A stretch of 64,000 nucleotides of DNA from Octopus bimaculoides (GCF_001194135.2 NC_068989.1:56869735-56933734), one strand, 5' to 3'; positions 1 to 12,613 are shown, counted from the first letter of the stretch. The notes: generated by a model not told the origin, from the sequence alone. Made by a program: numbers and translations.

Positions 1-1269
1 GATCAAAACCCTTGCCAGACAAGTACATCTGCGAAATAAAAGAATCATATTTTTTTCAACACAAGTAGCTGTGTTTTCTAGGTTCTGCATATTTGCTCTT
101 GGCAGAAGTGTTAGAGAATTAGACGAAATTCTTTGCAGTATTACTTCTGGTTTCTAACATTTTGAGTTCAAATTCCCTCAAGATCAATTTTATCTTGCAT
201 CTATAGGAACAAATAAATAAAGTACCACTTCAGAGTGATAAATTAGCGGAATTATTAAAGCATCGGACGGCATATTGAAAATCTGTTTCAGCTCTTTGCA
301 TTCTGAGTTCAAATCCTGCTGTAACCTGTTTGAGTGGTAGACGTTATGTTTCACGAACACCTTTATATCATCAAAATCTGATCGCTGGGTGACTTAACGG
401 AATCCACTCAAGTATGTGGGCTATTACTTCACTTGAAAGATACCTTCCTCTTCCTCTCATCAGTCTAAGGAGACCTTCAAAATGGTCATGGGTATAACCT
501 CCTCTACTGACTAACCGATAAAAAGCTACAAAGTTTCCTTACTTCTGGTTTAGAGAGATATTTTCCTGAATATATACTTGTTATATGTTTGTATATCCTT
601 TAGAAAACTCAAATACTGACTTTACCAAACTTTTCTGTAATAAAAATATATATCTATATCTTTTGACTAGAAACAAAATCGATATTTTTTGGACAAGGTA
701 TAGCTGATTGAATCGGCTCCAGTATATTATTTGTGGTTATCTTACGGAATCCGGTAATATGAAAGCTAAAGTGCTTCAATAGAGTTTTAAATTCAGAACA
801 TAGTTGGAGTCGAAATATAGTACGGCATCTAGTTTGGTACCTACTTGTTTCAGCTAACTACTTAACTACATGATATAAATATTAGTTGATAAATAGATTG
901 CTTGATTGGCCGGTTGATAGACTGATTTTCAAATTATGCTGTTATCTGACATTTTTTGCATCTTGAATTGTTAATAGGTGAACGAAATATCATATAAATC
1001 TCTAATGGATTAACGAAGCTGTGAACGTATGTTGATCATACAGATTTACACAGGTTCTGTATAAAAACTGCCTTATGCCAGTTAAGTAGGTACTGAGGAA
1101 GTCCGAATCTGATCTGAACTGATCTAATGTGATTTGAGCAGTTGTAATAATATAAATCTTGACATTTAGTTTGTGATCGACTGTCTATTGTGGCTGGATA
1201 AATATTAAATGGAATTATATTGAGCGATTATCGGGTAAGTGGAGCGAGAATAATATCGTTTATGGGGAC

Positions 1270-1271
<2 letters not shown>

Positions 1272-1319
<48 letters not shown>

Positions 1320-1321
1320 AT

Positions 1322-1353
<32 letters not shown>

Positions 1354-1420
1354 AAGCAACAGCAGCAGCAGCACCACCACCACCACCACCACTAGCACAC
1401 CAATAACAACAATAACAATA
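1272..1420. repeat. Compound trinucleotide microsatellite (ATC)n-(AAC)n-(AGC)n-(ACC)n
   Basis: Directly visible repeat runs; they produce the poly-I/N/S/T and poly-M/L/V pseudo-ORFs at 1220 and 1228. Confidence 0.95.
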
Positions 1421-1580
1421 ATGATTTCACATTTTGGCATAAGGCCAGCAATTGTGAGTGTATTACATCATTCCCCACTGTTCAACTGGTACTTTATTTG
1501 ATGAAAGGCAAAGTCGACTATGGGCATAGGGTCTGATATTTTGAGAGGTGAGGGGGTTGTCGATTGCATCGACCCAAGTG
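1420..1580 (-). mobile_element. Partial copy of the major tRNA-type SINE (family A)
   Basis: Contains ttttggcataaggccagcaatt...aactggtactttattt...gaaaggcaaagtcgac, the reverse complement of the body and tail seen in many other copies. Confidence 0.7.
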
Positions 1581-1589
1581 CAATGAGAG

Positions 1590-1830
1590 AAAACAGCGCG
1601 TCTGTGAGTTCGATACTGTAGAGCAATGGTGACTGAGTTCTTGATTCTTACATCGCATCTGGGATTGTGATGTCATGTGGCCAAGTTATTAGGCTGTTCG
1701 GCTAATGATTATAAAAATGTGGATGCGCTTTGTGTCCTTGAGCAAGGCACTTTACTTCACGTTACTATAGTCTACTTAGTTGCGAGTGTAGCTTTATCTC
1801 TCTTTACAGTTGTATGTCCTGAATGTTTCG
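1590..1830 (+). mobile_element. Degenerate tRNA-derived SINE (family B)
   Basis: B-box-like gagttcgatac followed by ttgtgtccttgagcaaggcactttacttcacgtt, matching the copy at 28262-28600. Confidence 0.6.
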
Positions 1831-2721
1831 CAGGGTTAAAGAGTGGAAGAGCCAAAAGGGTGTCTATATGAACTCCCAATTACATAGGAACCTAAAGCAT
1901 CGTCCATTATACGGTAATACTCATTGTATCGTATTTAGAGTAAGCCAACCTGATGGAGACCTTCAGTTACCCTCAAGGCTGTACCTATTCGATGATCTGA
2001 GCATAGTTCTGGAAACTAACGAAAGCATTGTTAATTATAGATTGACCCCATAGCTTACTGTGGTTGTTATTTACATCTGCTCAAACTTAGCTGACCGTCG
2101 AATTCACTTATTCTAAGTGAGGAGTCGGCAAGCTTCTTGCACCATTGGTCCCCTTCTAGGAATCGTTGATAACTTACCCGCTTCCATTATGTAAATATCT
2201 AAAATAAAATTTACAAATAATTAATAAAAACTTTCTTGATTTAAAAACAATTTTTTCCTTCTTTTGTGTCATTACCTTATTTTAATAAGAAATATTTAAA
2301 GAAATTTAATGAAAATACTCAACAATATTGTTAAAGAACAATAAAAATTTAGTCGTAACATTTAATATTTGGTGAGTACTAATTATTGCATTGTCAATTG
2401 GCAGGAAATTAATTAGTTTTAACCATAACTCTAACATTGAGATTATTCTGTCGCTTGTAATATTTATTCATTTTGCTTTAAATTAATGAAACATCATCTT
2501 GCAGCTTTTAGATTTCGGTGATACGACTTTTATTTTTAGAATGATAATGTAGGGTCGGTGTGAGAAGCTGGATCTGGCTAGTTTGACCATAAAATAAGTA
2601 GAAAACTTGGGCCGGTTAAAACACTAAAGGGTTAAATAACCTCGTTTTTCTAGATTCAATTTGCTAATCTATATACAACCAAAACTGTGATTACTTACTT
2701 GCTTGCTTGCTTGCGTGCTTG

Positions 2722-3112
2722 TCTGTAATTTAATACAGCCAAACCAGCGTATAATGGAAAAATACTCTCAAAGTAAGGTATCCCTGAAATGTGAATACAA
2801 ACGAAATAAAACGAGTTTCACGTAAATCGGATTCACGAGATACGTAGTTGTTTTTTTTGGGGTTTGTTTGCACAAATTTAAGCAGTGAGACCTGGAGTTA
2901 TTGCCCTTTACTGTGAACACACACCTTTATAAATAGCCAAACCGGCATATAATGGGAAAATACTCTGAAAGTAAGGTGCCATTGAAATGTGAATACAAAC
3001 GGAATAAAACAAGTTTCGCGTAAATAGGATCACGGGTTCCCGGGATACGTGTTTTTTTCGGGAACCTTGAACTATTGGTGCCGAACGGGTCACGGATAGT
3101 CTAATAATTATT
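2722..3112. repeat. Tandemly duplicated ~140 bp segment (copies ~200 bp apart), possibly a non-autonomous Helentron/HINE-like relic
   Basis: gccaaacc..tataatggaaaaatactctcaaagtaagg..tgaaatgtgaatacaaacg.aataaaac.agtttc.cgtaaat occurs at ~2737 and again at ~2935, next to a (GCTT)n run. The family assignment is inference. Confidence 0.55.
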
Positions 3113-3589
3113 ATCATTCAGTACCTTTAATGCTCAAATCGTTCCAAGTGTTTATCGACCCTTGGGAGAGCTACAAAAACTCTTCTCCGGGGTGGGATGG
3201 GGCTCAATATTGAACCCCTCTGCCGACTTCTGATCTAAATGAAACAGAATTCTGTGTAAAACATAATTTTTACACTGTGAATATCATTCAAACCTCACGT
3301 TCAGATACAACAACAGGAAAAGAAAAAAAAAGATACAAACAAACACTCTCTCATTCATTCCCTGTATATGTAACCTTTGATATTTATTCTGTTCTTATTG
3401 TTCTGTTTTGACGTCACGATGTGTATGTTGAGTGTCAGGAGAGTCATGACTTTTATCACAGCTAACGCTGAACTTAAACTGTATTATAGAAACTTAACGG
3501 ACATACACAAGTTAATCTGGTCATTGCGTATAGTTTTGCTTTTGATCTGTGTCTCCAAGCAAAGCACTATCTTAGTAGCAGCAGCCGTA

Positions 3590-3736
3590 TTATCATTATA
3601 ATCATAATCACTATCCTCCTCCTCCTCCTCCTCCTCCTCCTCCTCCTNNNNNNNNNNNNNNNNNNNNNNNNNNNNNNNNNNNNNNNNNNNNNNNNNNNNN
3701 NNNNNNNNNNNNNNNNNNNNNNNNTCCTCCTCTTCC

Positions 3737-3772
<36 letters not shown>

Positions 3773-3795
3773 ACAACAACAACAACAACAACAAC
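3590..3795. repeat. Compound microsatellite (CCT)n/(ATC)n/(AAC)n spanning an assembly gap (N 3648-3724)
   Basis: Directly visible. Confidence 0.95.
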
Positions 3796-3940
3796 ACACG
3801 AAGTATAGTTATTGTACATTTTACTTCTGAGAGCTCCCGATTTCACTTTCACCGTCTAATTCTGTAAGAGCAGACAGCAACCAGTTGTCAAGGGTATCAC
3901 AAGGTACTATCAACATCATTATTATTATTATTATTATTAT

Positions 3941-4820
3941 CATAGATGTCGCACAGTATACAATATCGCGAGGTTGTTGATTGAAGATATTGTGTCTACC
4001 GGGGGGGGGGGTTGTACTATTTGTCAAGTCACAACAAAGACCTCATACACACAGTACTTTACGCTATATGCGTGCAGTTCCAAGTAATGCCGACTTTTGC
4101 AATACATCTAGATTGTAGGATATCTCTAAGGTTTTCAGATGTTTTTTTCAGATTGGCTGGTATTGATGACAATAGGGATAACCTGTATGTTTGACTCTCG
4201 TAGCTGCCACATCTTAGCGATCTCAATTCTCAGGTCTCCATATTTATCAACCTTTTCTCATTTTTTCATGATGATATCTTGATCTTCTGGCACTGCTACG
4301 TCGATTATTAGGTACTTTTGTTTGACCCTCCTAAAGGTTACTATATCCGGCCATTGGTGCTCGAACACTTTGTCTGACTGGAAATCAAAGTCCCAGAGGA
4401 TTTTTGCCTTACCCTTTTTGTCCATTACATTTTCCGGTGTATGTTGGTACGAAGTACCCGTAACCTCATATCCGTACTTACGGCATAGTAGCCAGTGGAG
4501 GTTTTGGGCTACTTTGTCGTGTCTACGCTTGTACTCTTTCTGCGCAAGACTTTCACAAGCACTTACAATGTGAGTCACACTTTCGACCCTCTTCCCACAC
4601 ATTTTGCAGCGGTCCGATGCACTTGTGTGGTATATATTCTTTTTCACTGTGTTGGTATTCAATGCCTGGTCCTGGGCCGCGATGATTAGGCTTTCAGTAT
4701 TCTTTTTTATGTCACCCTTGTTGAGCCACTTCCATGATGCTTCCTGCTCTTTTAATTTGTTGGTTTCACGGTGGAACTGACCATGTAATTCCATGAGGAG
4801 AAGGGTGTCTTCTCTCTCGT
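3941..4820 (-). mobile_element. R4/Dong-clade non-LTR retrotransposon 3' fragment (CCHC knuckle + restriction-like endonuclease) ending in a (TAA)n tail at 3918-3940
   Basis: ORF 4258-4794: AAQDQAL..CKMCGKRVESVTHIVSAC..RRHDKVA..ILWDFDFQSD..PDIV..IIDVAVP. It continues through frameshifts to LQKSALLGTARI*RKVLCV* (stop 4043-4045), then a short 3' UTR and (TAA)n. Confidence 0.88.
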
Positions 4821-4847
4821 TGACTCTTCTTCTTCTTCTTCTTCGTA

Positions 4848-5035
4848 AGACGGCGAGCTGGCAGATTCGTTAAGCACGCCGGGAAAAATGCTTAGCGGTA
4901 TTTCGTCCATCTTTACGTTCTGAGTTCAAATTCCACCGCGGTCGACTTTGCCTTTTATCCTTTCTGGGTCGATAAATCACTGGGGTCGATGTTATCGACT
5001 CCCCCCTTTCCCCCATATTTCAGGCCTTAGAAAGG
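4848..5035 (+). mobile_element. Family A SINE, near full length
   Basis: ggcgagctggcaga..gttaagcacgccggg..aaatgcttagcggtatttcg..gttctgagttcaaattcc..gtcgactttgcc..ggggtcgat. Confidence 0.85.
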
Positions 5036-5036
5036 A

Positions 5037-5089
<53 letters not shown>

Positions 5090-5467
5090 TTCATATACAC
5101 TCAACAGATTAGACTGTTGGAAAAGAAAAATCCTAATATCAAGTTCCAACAAGTAATTTTAGACGCTAAAAACCCTCCTGTCGGGCTAAAACAAGTAACC
5201 TCCTAAGTATCCTAGCTGTCCCTAATAACACTGTTTTCTGGAGCTGTACTAAACTGGGTTTTAGGCCTATTTCCTCTATCCAGCTGTTCAGGTCTTTAGG
5301 GGGATGGTTCCCAATGCATCTATAACTACTGGAATACATTTTACCTGCACTTTCCATAGTCTTTGTAATTCAATAACTAGCTCCTGGTACTTTGCTACTT
5401 TTTTTCAATACTTCTCATATTAATGTTTTCATCATTTAGGACTGTAAAGTCAATTATCTGGCACTTT

Positions 5468-5516
<49 letters not shown>

Positions 5517-6612
5517 CAAATCAGGCTTTCTAGCTTCTGTTCTCTGTTAGTCTGAATGCTAAAGTCCCACAACATCTTATATTTCTTACTTTCTAGTACT
5601 CTACTAGTTTCATGTTCATACCATTTATCAGTATGTTGAAATCCTAGCTTTTTACATAGCTCCCAGTGGATTACCCTCCCTAGATTGTCGTGTCAGTATG
5701 ATACATTCACTTACTTTATGAGTAACGCTTTTCTCTTTTGATTTGCATAATCTACATTGGGAATCTACTTGATTTTTGTCTATCTTAGCTTTTATCCCAT
5801 TAGTCCTCAATGCTTGATCTTGTGCAGCTACTAACAAACTTTGTGTGTTCCTCTTCAGCTTTCCTTTCTACAACCATAACCATGTCTCACTACTACTATT
5901 TTCTGGAACTATCTTTGGGAATTCACCATGCAATGTCTTCTCCTGCCAGTCCAATTGCTAGAGTCCAATTGCTAGAGTCACAGCAAGACATAGGGAAACC
6001 AAAAACTCAAACTAGGTTTGGGTTTTTGGTTTCTCTGTGTCTTGCTGTGACTCCAGCAGCTTTTAATAAACTTCACTGTTATCTACTTACGTTATATTTA
6101 CTCTAGCTAACTCTACGCGGTCTTCTACTGATATTAACACTCTTCCGATTTCCTTTCTAGGTAGGTATAATCTTGCCACTCCTGCCCTAGTTCTTCTATC
6201 TAGCTTGGCTAATTCAGTTTTTGTATATTGCCCAAATATTTACAGCCTTCACTAGATTCGGACCATTTCGCTTTGAGTTCATTAGCTTTCTCACCATTCT
6301 GATGTACTCCTCAATTTTTATTTTCATTTTTGTAGTTAGTACTCAGTCAGATTCTAATACTCCTAGATACTTACAACTCTCGCCTTCTTTCAATGATTTT
6401 AATGTCCGGCCATCTGGTAATTGGATGCCTTCGCTGTTGACTACTTGTCCCCTTCTCATGACTAATATTGCACTCTTATCTATGCCAAATGTCATGCCTA
6501 TATCTTTGCTGAAAAGTCTTACAGTCTGTATCAAGGAATCTATCTCTTTTTCATTCTTACTAAAATGCTTCAGATCATCCATGTAGAGCAAATGGTTAAT
6601 TTTCCCCTTACT
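5090..6612 (-). mobile_element. Second R4/Dong-clade LINE, 5'-truncated within RT (YMDD) and running to the 3' end, with a (TAA)n tail at ~5035-5089
   Basis: Fragments in order: LLYMDDLKHF..GMTFGIDKSA..KYLGVLES (6343-6591), AAQDQALRTN..CRLC..SVTH (5652-5837), LQKTVLLGTARILRRLL (5166-5357). Multiple stops and frameshifts. Confidence 0.9.
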
Positions 6613-6743
6613 ATCTCTAACTATATTATTTCATTATATTATATCATATTATGTTACTTTAAGATTATAAATAAAACGTGAAAATCAAAGCTGGAATTTC
6701 TTTGAATAATATATTCTTCTATACACAATCATACACATCTGTG

Positions 6744-6774
<31 letters not shown>

Positions 6775-8419
6775 CTATATATATATATATATATACATAC
6801 ACACACACACACTCTCACACACACTCATAACATTTCTCTGCTCTACATACTCTGGATAACGAAGATTTAACTATGCAGCAATCGCGCTTGGCAAAATACA
6901 ACACATAACGCAGTCATAGGTAAAACAAAACATGCCACCTAATTAAGAAAAGTCAATAATGAATTCTTATTATAATTAACGCTTAAACATAAGTATTAAA
7001 TAATGATATCCTTGTAAGTAACGATCGTTTTATAATGATTAGGTCTAATTTGTTAATTTTAATTGTAGTTAATCGTCAGTTAAGTCACTATTTAAATATA
7101 AACTAAAGCGGGGAATTGTAGGACTGTTAGAGCGTTGGAGAGGATATTTCATAATATTTGTTCTGGTTCTCTGCCCTTTGTATTTAAATTCTACCAAGGT
7201 GAGCTTTATCTTTCTTCCTCTCAGGGTCCAATAAAAGATTTCAACCCAGAGAGTTTCAATCCATGCAGTGTTTGCTCCGGGTTTATTGAGTTTTGACAGC
7301 CACGCCTACAACACAGACGCCAAGCTATATTGGCCTTAATAGGTGAACTTTACCTTGGATAAACAAGAATTGTAGAGAAAAGAGACTTAAGAATTTGCTC
7401 ATTCCCTCATATACATGTGTAGATGCATTGTGAAATTTGACTAAAAGAGGCCTTATACATATATGAATTATAATATAATAAAATTTTGAGATTCTGGATG
7501 ACCCCTTCAGACTGAGTTACTGAGTTGAAGCATCTTTCAATCAGCACTATTACTAGTTGATATCATTCCTAGTTTATAGAGTGCGCTCTAGTTTTGTTTT
7601 AATCCTTTGCAGATACCCGAAACGGGTTTCTAGATAACCGATAACTTTTAAGCATTTCAAGGGATATTTCCTTGCAATTTTAGAAGGCTGTTAAACGATT
7701 GTTAGTTTAAATACCTAAACCTTTGCGTTATAAATTCTTCATGTGGGTGAATGTCTCAATTTACTTGCAAACAGCTTCTTTCAAAGTTTGTCTGTCCGTG
7801 TCAAAATAAATCAATATTATATCATGTTAGTGATAGAATATCAGAGAAAATAGTTATATTTTATTATCATACGGAGAACAATAATACATCAAACAAAAGC
7901 TTTTAATCCGTTATCTCAAATGTTGCTTCTTTGTTCAAACATTATCATGTTATAAATCAAATTCTCATTCAGTCATAAAAACTGCAATGTTAAACTTTAC
8001 AAAAGGAGTGTTGACTACTTATCTCCATAGAAAATAATATTGATTGTTATATTTCCTGGAAAGGTTAAGTTCAGGATACTTAACAGAGTTTACAAAATAA
8101 AATAAAAGCAGTTTCAGCACATGGAAATTTAGGCTAAAATTGAGAATATTTTAATAAAAATCCAGATATTTGAATAGCTGGGCATATGTCCAGATATTCA
8201 GGTCAATGTACCAACCCTTCTTAGGATGCAGTAGATACTGGTTAAATTATTACATTGAATAATACTGAAAATATTTGTTTGCACGGATGTGGTTATTGAA
8301 GGAGATCTTTAAACACAGTGCGTGATATTTGGCATGGTTTATAACGACCTATTGCAGTATATTATTGATGCATACATGCATGCATACATACATACATACA
8401 TACAGGCATGTATGTATGT

Positions 8420-8595
8420 ATGTATGATCGTAAGGTCGCGTGTTCAATTCCCAGTGGCGCGTTGTGTCATTCAGCAAAATACTTTATTTCACGTTGTTCC
8501 TGTCCGCTCAGCTGGCAAAAAAGAGTTGTACCTGTAATTCAAAGGGCCAGCTTGTCACATTCTGTATCATGCTCAGTCTCTTAGAGAACGACGTT

Positions 8596-8600
<5 letters not shown>
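8420..8600 (+). mobile_element. Family B SINE fragment
   Basis: gtgttcaattccc..cagcaaaatactttatttcacgttg matches the family B core. Confidence 0.6.
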
Positions 8601-8628
<28 letters not shown>

Positions 8629-8879
8629 GTCTATCTATCTATCTATCTATCTATCTGTCTGTCTGTCTGTCTATTTATCCATCTATCGGTTGGTCCATCT
8701 ATCACACACAGACACACATACACACACACTTAGATATATTTGTTTATTCATACACTTATGCATAAGAACATAATATGCATATCTACATGTATTCTTCATA
8801 AACGCAAATTGTTCATTCGATAGCCTGTCTATCAGGTTTATCTAGTACCTAGCAAAGTGGTCAACGAGTGTGCTCGCAT

Positions 8880-9012
8880 ATATAAGTTTGTGTGCGCGCG
8901 CACACACACACATATCACACACGCTTATACACACATATTGATACACATACATACACACACACACACACACACACGTATCACACACGCTTATATATACATA
9001 CACACACATATT

Positions 9013-9079
<67 letters not shown>

Positions 9080-9125
9080 CACATATATATGCATATGTAT
9101 ATATAGACATACACACAAACGTACA
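8880..9125. repeat. (CA)n-rich microsatellite complex
   Basis: Directly visible; source of the HT/VC pseudo-ORFs. Confidence 0.95.
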
Positions 9126-9469
9126 TGTGAAGCATAATGCAATAAGAACTGATTGGATTTAAATATGAGATAATATTTTATTCACTCAAAAATCGATATG
9201 CTATTTTTCGGCCAATGTTCAATTTTCTTAATGCTGCAATGATAATTTCGACATAAAGTTAAGTGTGCGTCTGGAACAAGATGACTATTGTATGCTGAAT
9301 AATTTTCACACATAATAAGTAAATAAGAAATTCAAGCTCTGTAGTCACCACTTGACCCTTGAGTCACTATAACGGAAGCGACTGTGTTGTAAACATTCAA
9401 GCCAAGCCCCAACTCCAATCTGAGTATAACTGTCTCTTTTCCTGCCAGCAATTTAGGTGCCCTAAAATA

Positions 9470-9680
9470 TTGATTTCAGATTTTGGTACAAGGACAGCAA
9501 TTTCGGAGGAGGGAGTAAGTCGATTACATCGACCCCAGTACTCAGCTGCTACTTATTTTATCGACCCTGAAAGGATAAAAGCAAAGTCAACCTCGGCGGA
9601 ATTTAAACTCAGAGCGTGAAGACGGACGAAATACCACAAAGCATTTCTCCCGGCGCGCTAACAATTCTTTCACCTCGTCA
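9470..9680 (-). mobile_element. Family A SINE
   Basis: Reverse complement of the family A body and ccctcc tail. Confidence 0.85.
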
Positions 9681-9934
9681 TCTTAGATTCCCAAAATATT
9701 ATCAATGCTGTCCCTTCCTCCTCTGACTCAATCATGAAATCAAAACACAATGTTCATACACGCAGGCATTATCACTCATATTCAAAAGTGAAGTCACGTG
9801 GCCTCGTGATTACAGAGTTTGGATCGCGCTCATAAGGTCGTTGATACGACTTTTGGACCGACGAGGCTTGTTTCTTTAGAAAGGCACATATGTTATTCTA
9901 GTCGACTTAACTAAGAATGAATCTTTTCTACTCT

Positions 9935-10572
9935 AGGCACAAGGCCCGAAATTTTTGGGGAGGGGGCCAGTCGATTAGATCGACCCCAAGTACCGGTACT
10001 TAATTTATCGACCCCGAAAGGATGAAAGGCAAAATCGACTTCGGCGGAATTTGAACTCAGAACGTAACGGCAGACGAAATACCGCTAAACATTTCGCCCG
10101 GCGTACTAACGTTTCTTATTTCTTTACTGTCCACAAGGGGCTACACATAGAGGGGACAAACAAGGACAGACAAACGGATTAAATCGATTATATCGACCCC
10201 AGTGCGTAACTGCTACTTATTTAATCGACCCGGAAAGGATGAAAGGCAAAGCCGACCTTGGCAGAATTTGAACTCAGAACGTAGCGGCAGACGAAATACC
10301 GCTAAGCATTTCGCCCGGCGTACTAACATTTCTTATTTCTTTACTGTCCACAAGGGGCTACACATAGAGGGGACAAACAAGGACAGACAAACGGATTAAA
10401 TCGATTATATCGACCCCAGTGCGTAACTGCTACTTATTTAATCGACCCCGAAAGGATGAAAGGCAAAGCCGACCTTGGCGGAATTTGAACTCAGAACGTA
10501 GCGGCAGACGAAATACCGCTAAGCATTTCGCCCGGCGTACTAAGGTTTCTGCCAGCTCACTGCCTTACTTAA
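9935..10572 (-). mobile_element. Head-to-tail trimer of family A SINE with 217 bp period
   Basis: Near-identical ORFs at 10202 and 10419 (offset 217). Two units carry the tail ...gtctgtccttgtttgtcccctctatgtgtagccccttgtggacagtaaagaaat (minus-strand sense). Confidence 0.9.
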
Positions 10573-11719
10573 CTAAAAATGAATGCAATGCCAATGTTAT
10601 GCGACTGTCACATATTAGGCGTTTTACTGAGTCAAGAATGGAAAGAAGTGCCAGAGGCTGCCTATGTCTGCTTGCAGCTTCATAGGTGTCCATAACAATT
10701 AGCGAAAACATGATACATATTACCAAGTCATAACTACTTGCGAAAGACGGCTAATGTTTTTTATTGTTTTACAATTGTGGCAAGTTGAAGTGGATGGTAG
10801 AATTAGTTGAGCACTTTACCCGATGTTCTCATTTTGTCTTCTACCACACCTTGTCCGTTGCAAAATTAATTATATAATATAGTGAAATCTACTTTGCGAT
10901 GATAGAATGAGTAGGGTACCGGACAAAATGTTGGTGGATAGTAGAATTAGTAAAAAAGCTAACCTCATAAAATAGTAAGAAATTTGAAACTTGCAGTCAC
11001 CAGTTGGTCATTGTGCTGCCTTTCATGGAGTCGATAGCGTTGCAAGCAGTCAGGCCAAATCGCTGAATACAAGTCAGACTTAAATATTTAAGGGCATTGT
11101 GTATGTTTCTTTAAGTTCTATATATATCAAATTCTGAAGGCTTTGACTTTGCTTCTCCACCCCGCTGACAGCAGAAGAGCCGGTTAAATATTGGGATTCA
11201 TATAATGAGCCACGGCGCCCCAAAGCAAGGATTTGTATGTTGTTAGAAATTATTATTAGGACGTTGATAACATTTATTTGTCATGCTTTCATTTGCTTTA
11301 ATCGATTACTCCGTTTCTCATAAGATGTTTGGTCTTGTGCCAAACTTAGAAATAATTATTTTTACTCCCAGGAGTGGTACGGACAGAATTAGTAGTCTAC
11401 TACGTGCTAACTAGACACTCCTATTTTATATTGTAGCCTCGAATCCCGATGAAATCGATAAACTCAACCACCAAATCATTAATTCTGTTTTGTTGCTGTT
11501 TGACCTCAGAATCTACCCTGAATTAACAACGTTCCAAGTTCAAACCATGACAACTTTGTCTTATTTTCAGACCTCATATATATAGGGCAACATTACACAC
11601 TATGCATTTCTTGTTTGGTAGGGTAGGCTGTAATTTGAGGAAAATATGATTGCTCTTTCTAGCAGCTCGACCGGTCAAAGCTGACGAGTGGAAAAATGGG
11701 ACAAATGTGTCGGACTATA

Positions 11720-12290
11720 TTGTACATTGTTTTCTTCATTAAGGCAGAATCGTTTAGTGCGTCGGACAAAATACTTAGCGACGTTTCTTCCGGTTGATTA
11801 CGTTCTAAGTTGGAATCTCATTGAGGTTAACATTGCCTTTCATCCTCTTGGGGTTGACGAGATAAAGTACAAATGCTGGGATAGATGTGATCGACTTGAC
11901 CCCTCCCTCTAAAATTGCCAGCCATGTATCAACATTAGAAAGAATTATTATTTTTATGGAGTCTCGGACAAAAGTACCTTGCGATATTTTTCCGACTTTT
12001 TATGTTCTGAGATCAAATCACGCTTAAATCAACATTGCTTTCATCTTTACTGGGTCGATAAAGTACCATTTAAATACTGGTGTCTCCCCACTAAATTGCT
12101 GGCCTTGCGCCATAATTGAAAGTAATTATTTACTTTAATCCTTCAATTTAAATCCCACCGTAGGTTCACTTTGGCCTTCCATTTTCAGAGGATGGATAAA
12201 ATCAGTAGTAGTATTAGAATAGAATCGATACTTATCGACTGTAGCCGTCCCCAACAAATTTGCAGTTCTATGCCAGATTTTGAAGACATA
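11720..12290 (+). mobile_element. Cluster of about three degenerate family A SINEs
   Basis: Repeated gtcggacaaaa..gttct.ag..caaat..gcctttcatc..gataaagtac..ctggccttg blocks. Confidence 0.7.
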
Positions 12291-12519
12291 GATTGATGCT
12301 AATGTCGTTCAGAGAGTTATGAGAACCAAGTGGTGACTCCCTCACCACCTTATTTATAGATCAATGGCTTTCTGCCAGAATTTTAAAAACAAATATTTTT
12401 CTGCATCGAAAATCAAGTCTTAAAATTGCTTGAGAATAAAAAGAAAAAACAAAACAAAAAACAAAAAAAAACTACAATGCACCAAATTGAATATGCATAC
12501 ATACATACTTACAGACATA

Positions 12520-12563
12520 TTTTATATGTGTGCGTATATATGTAGACATATGTATATGTATAA

Positions 12564-12613
<50 letters not shown>

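Noticed and set aside
7380-7720. Possible CR1 3'-end remnant (KTRAHSI on the minus strand)
   Set aside because: Only one short motif; too degraded to call.
8842-9162. HT/VC/YI-repeat ORFs throughout the window (for example 12430, 13375, 19909, 37677, 42301, 48628, 60112)
   Set aside because: They are translations of (CA)n, (TA)n and (TATG)n microsatellites.
9935-10572. CRISPR-like periodic repeat
   Set aside because: The 217 bp units are SINE copies without unique spacers; the DNA is eukaryotic and there are no cas genes.
10202-10685. Two near-identical small ORFs (MRNCYLFNR...)
   Set aside because: They are antisense readings of the tandem SINE units, not genes.
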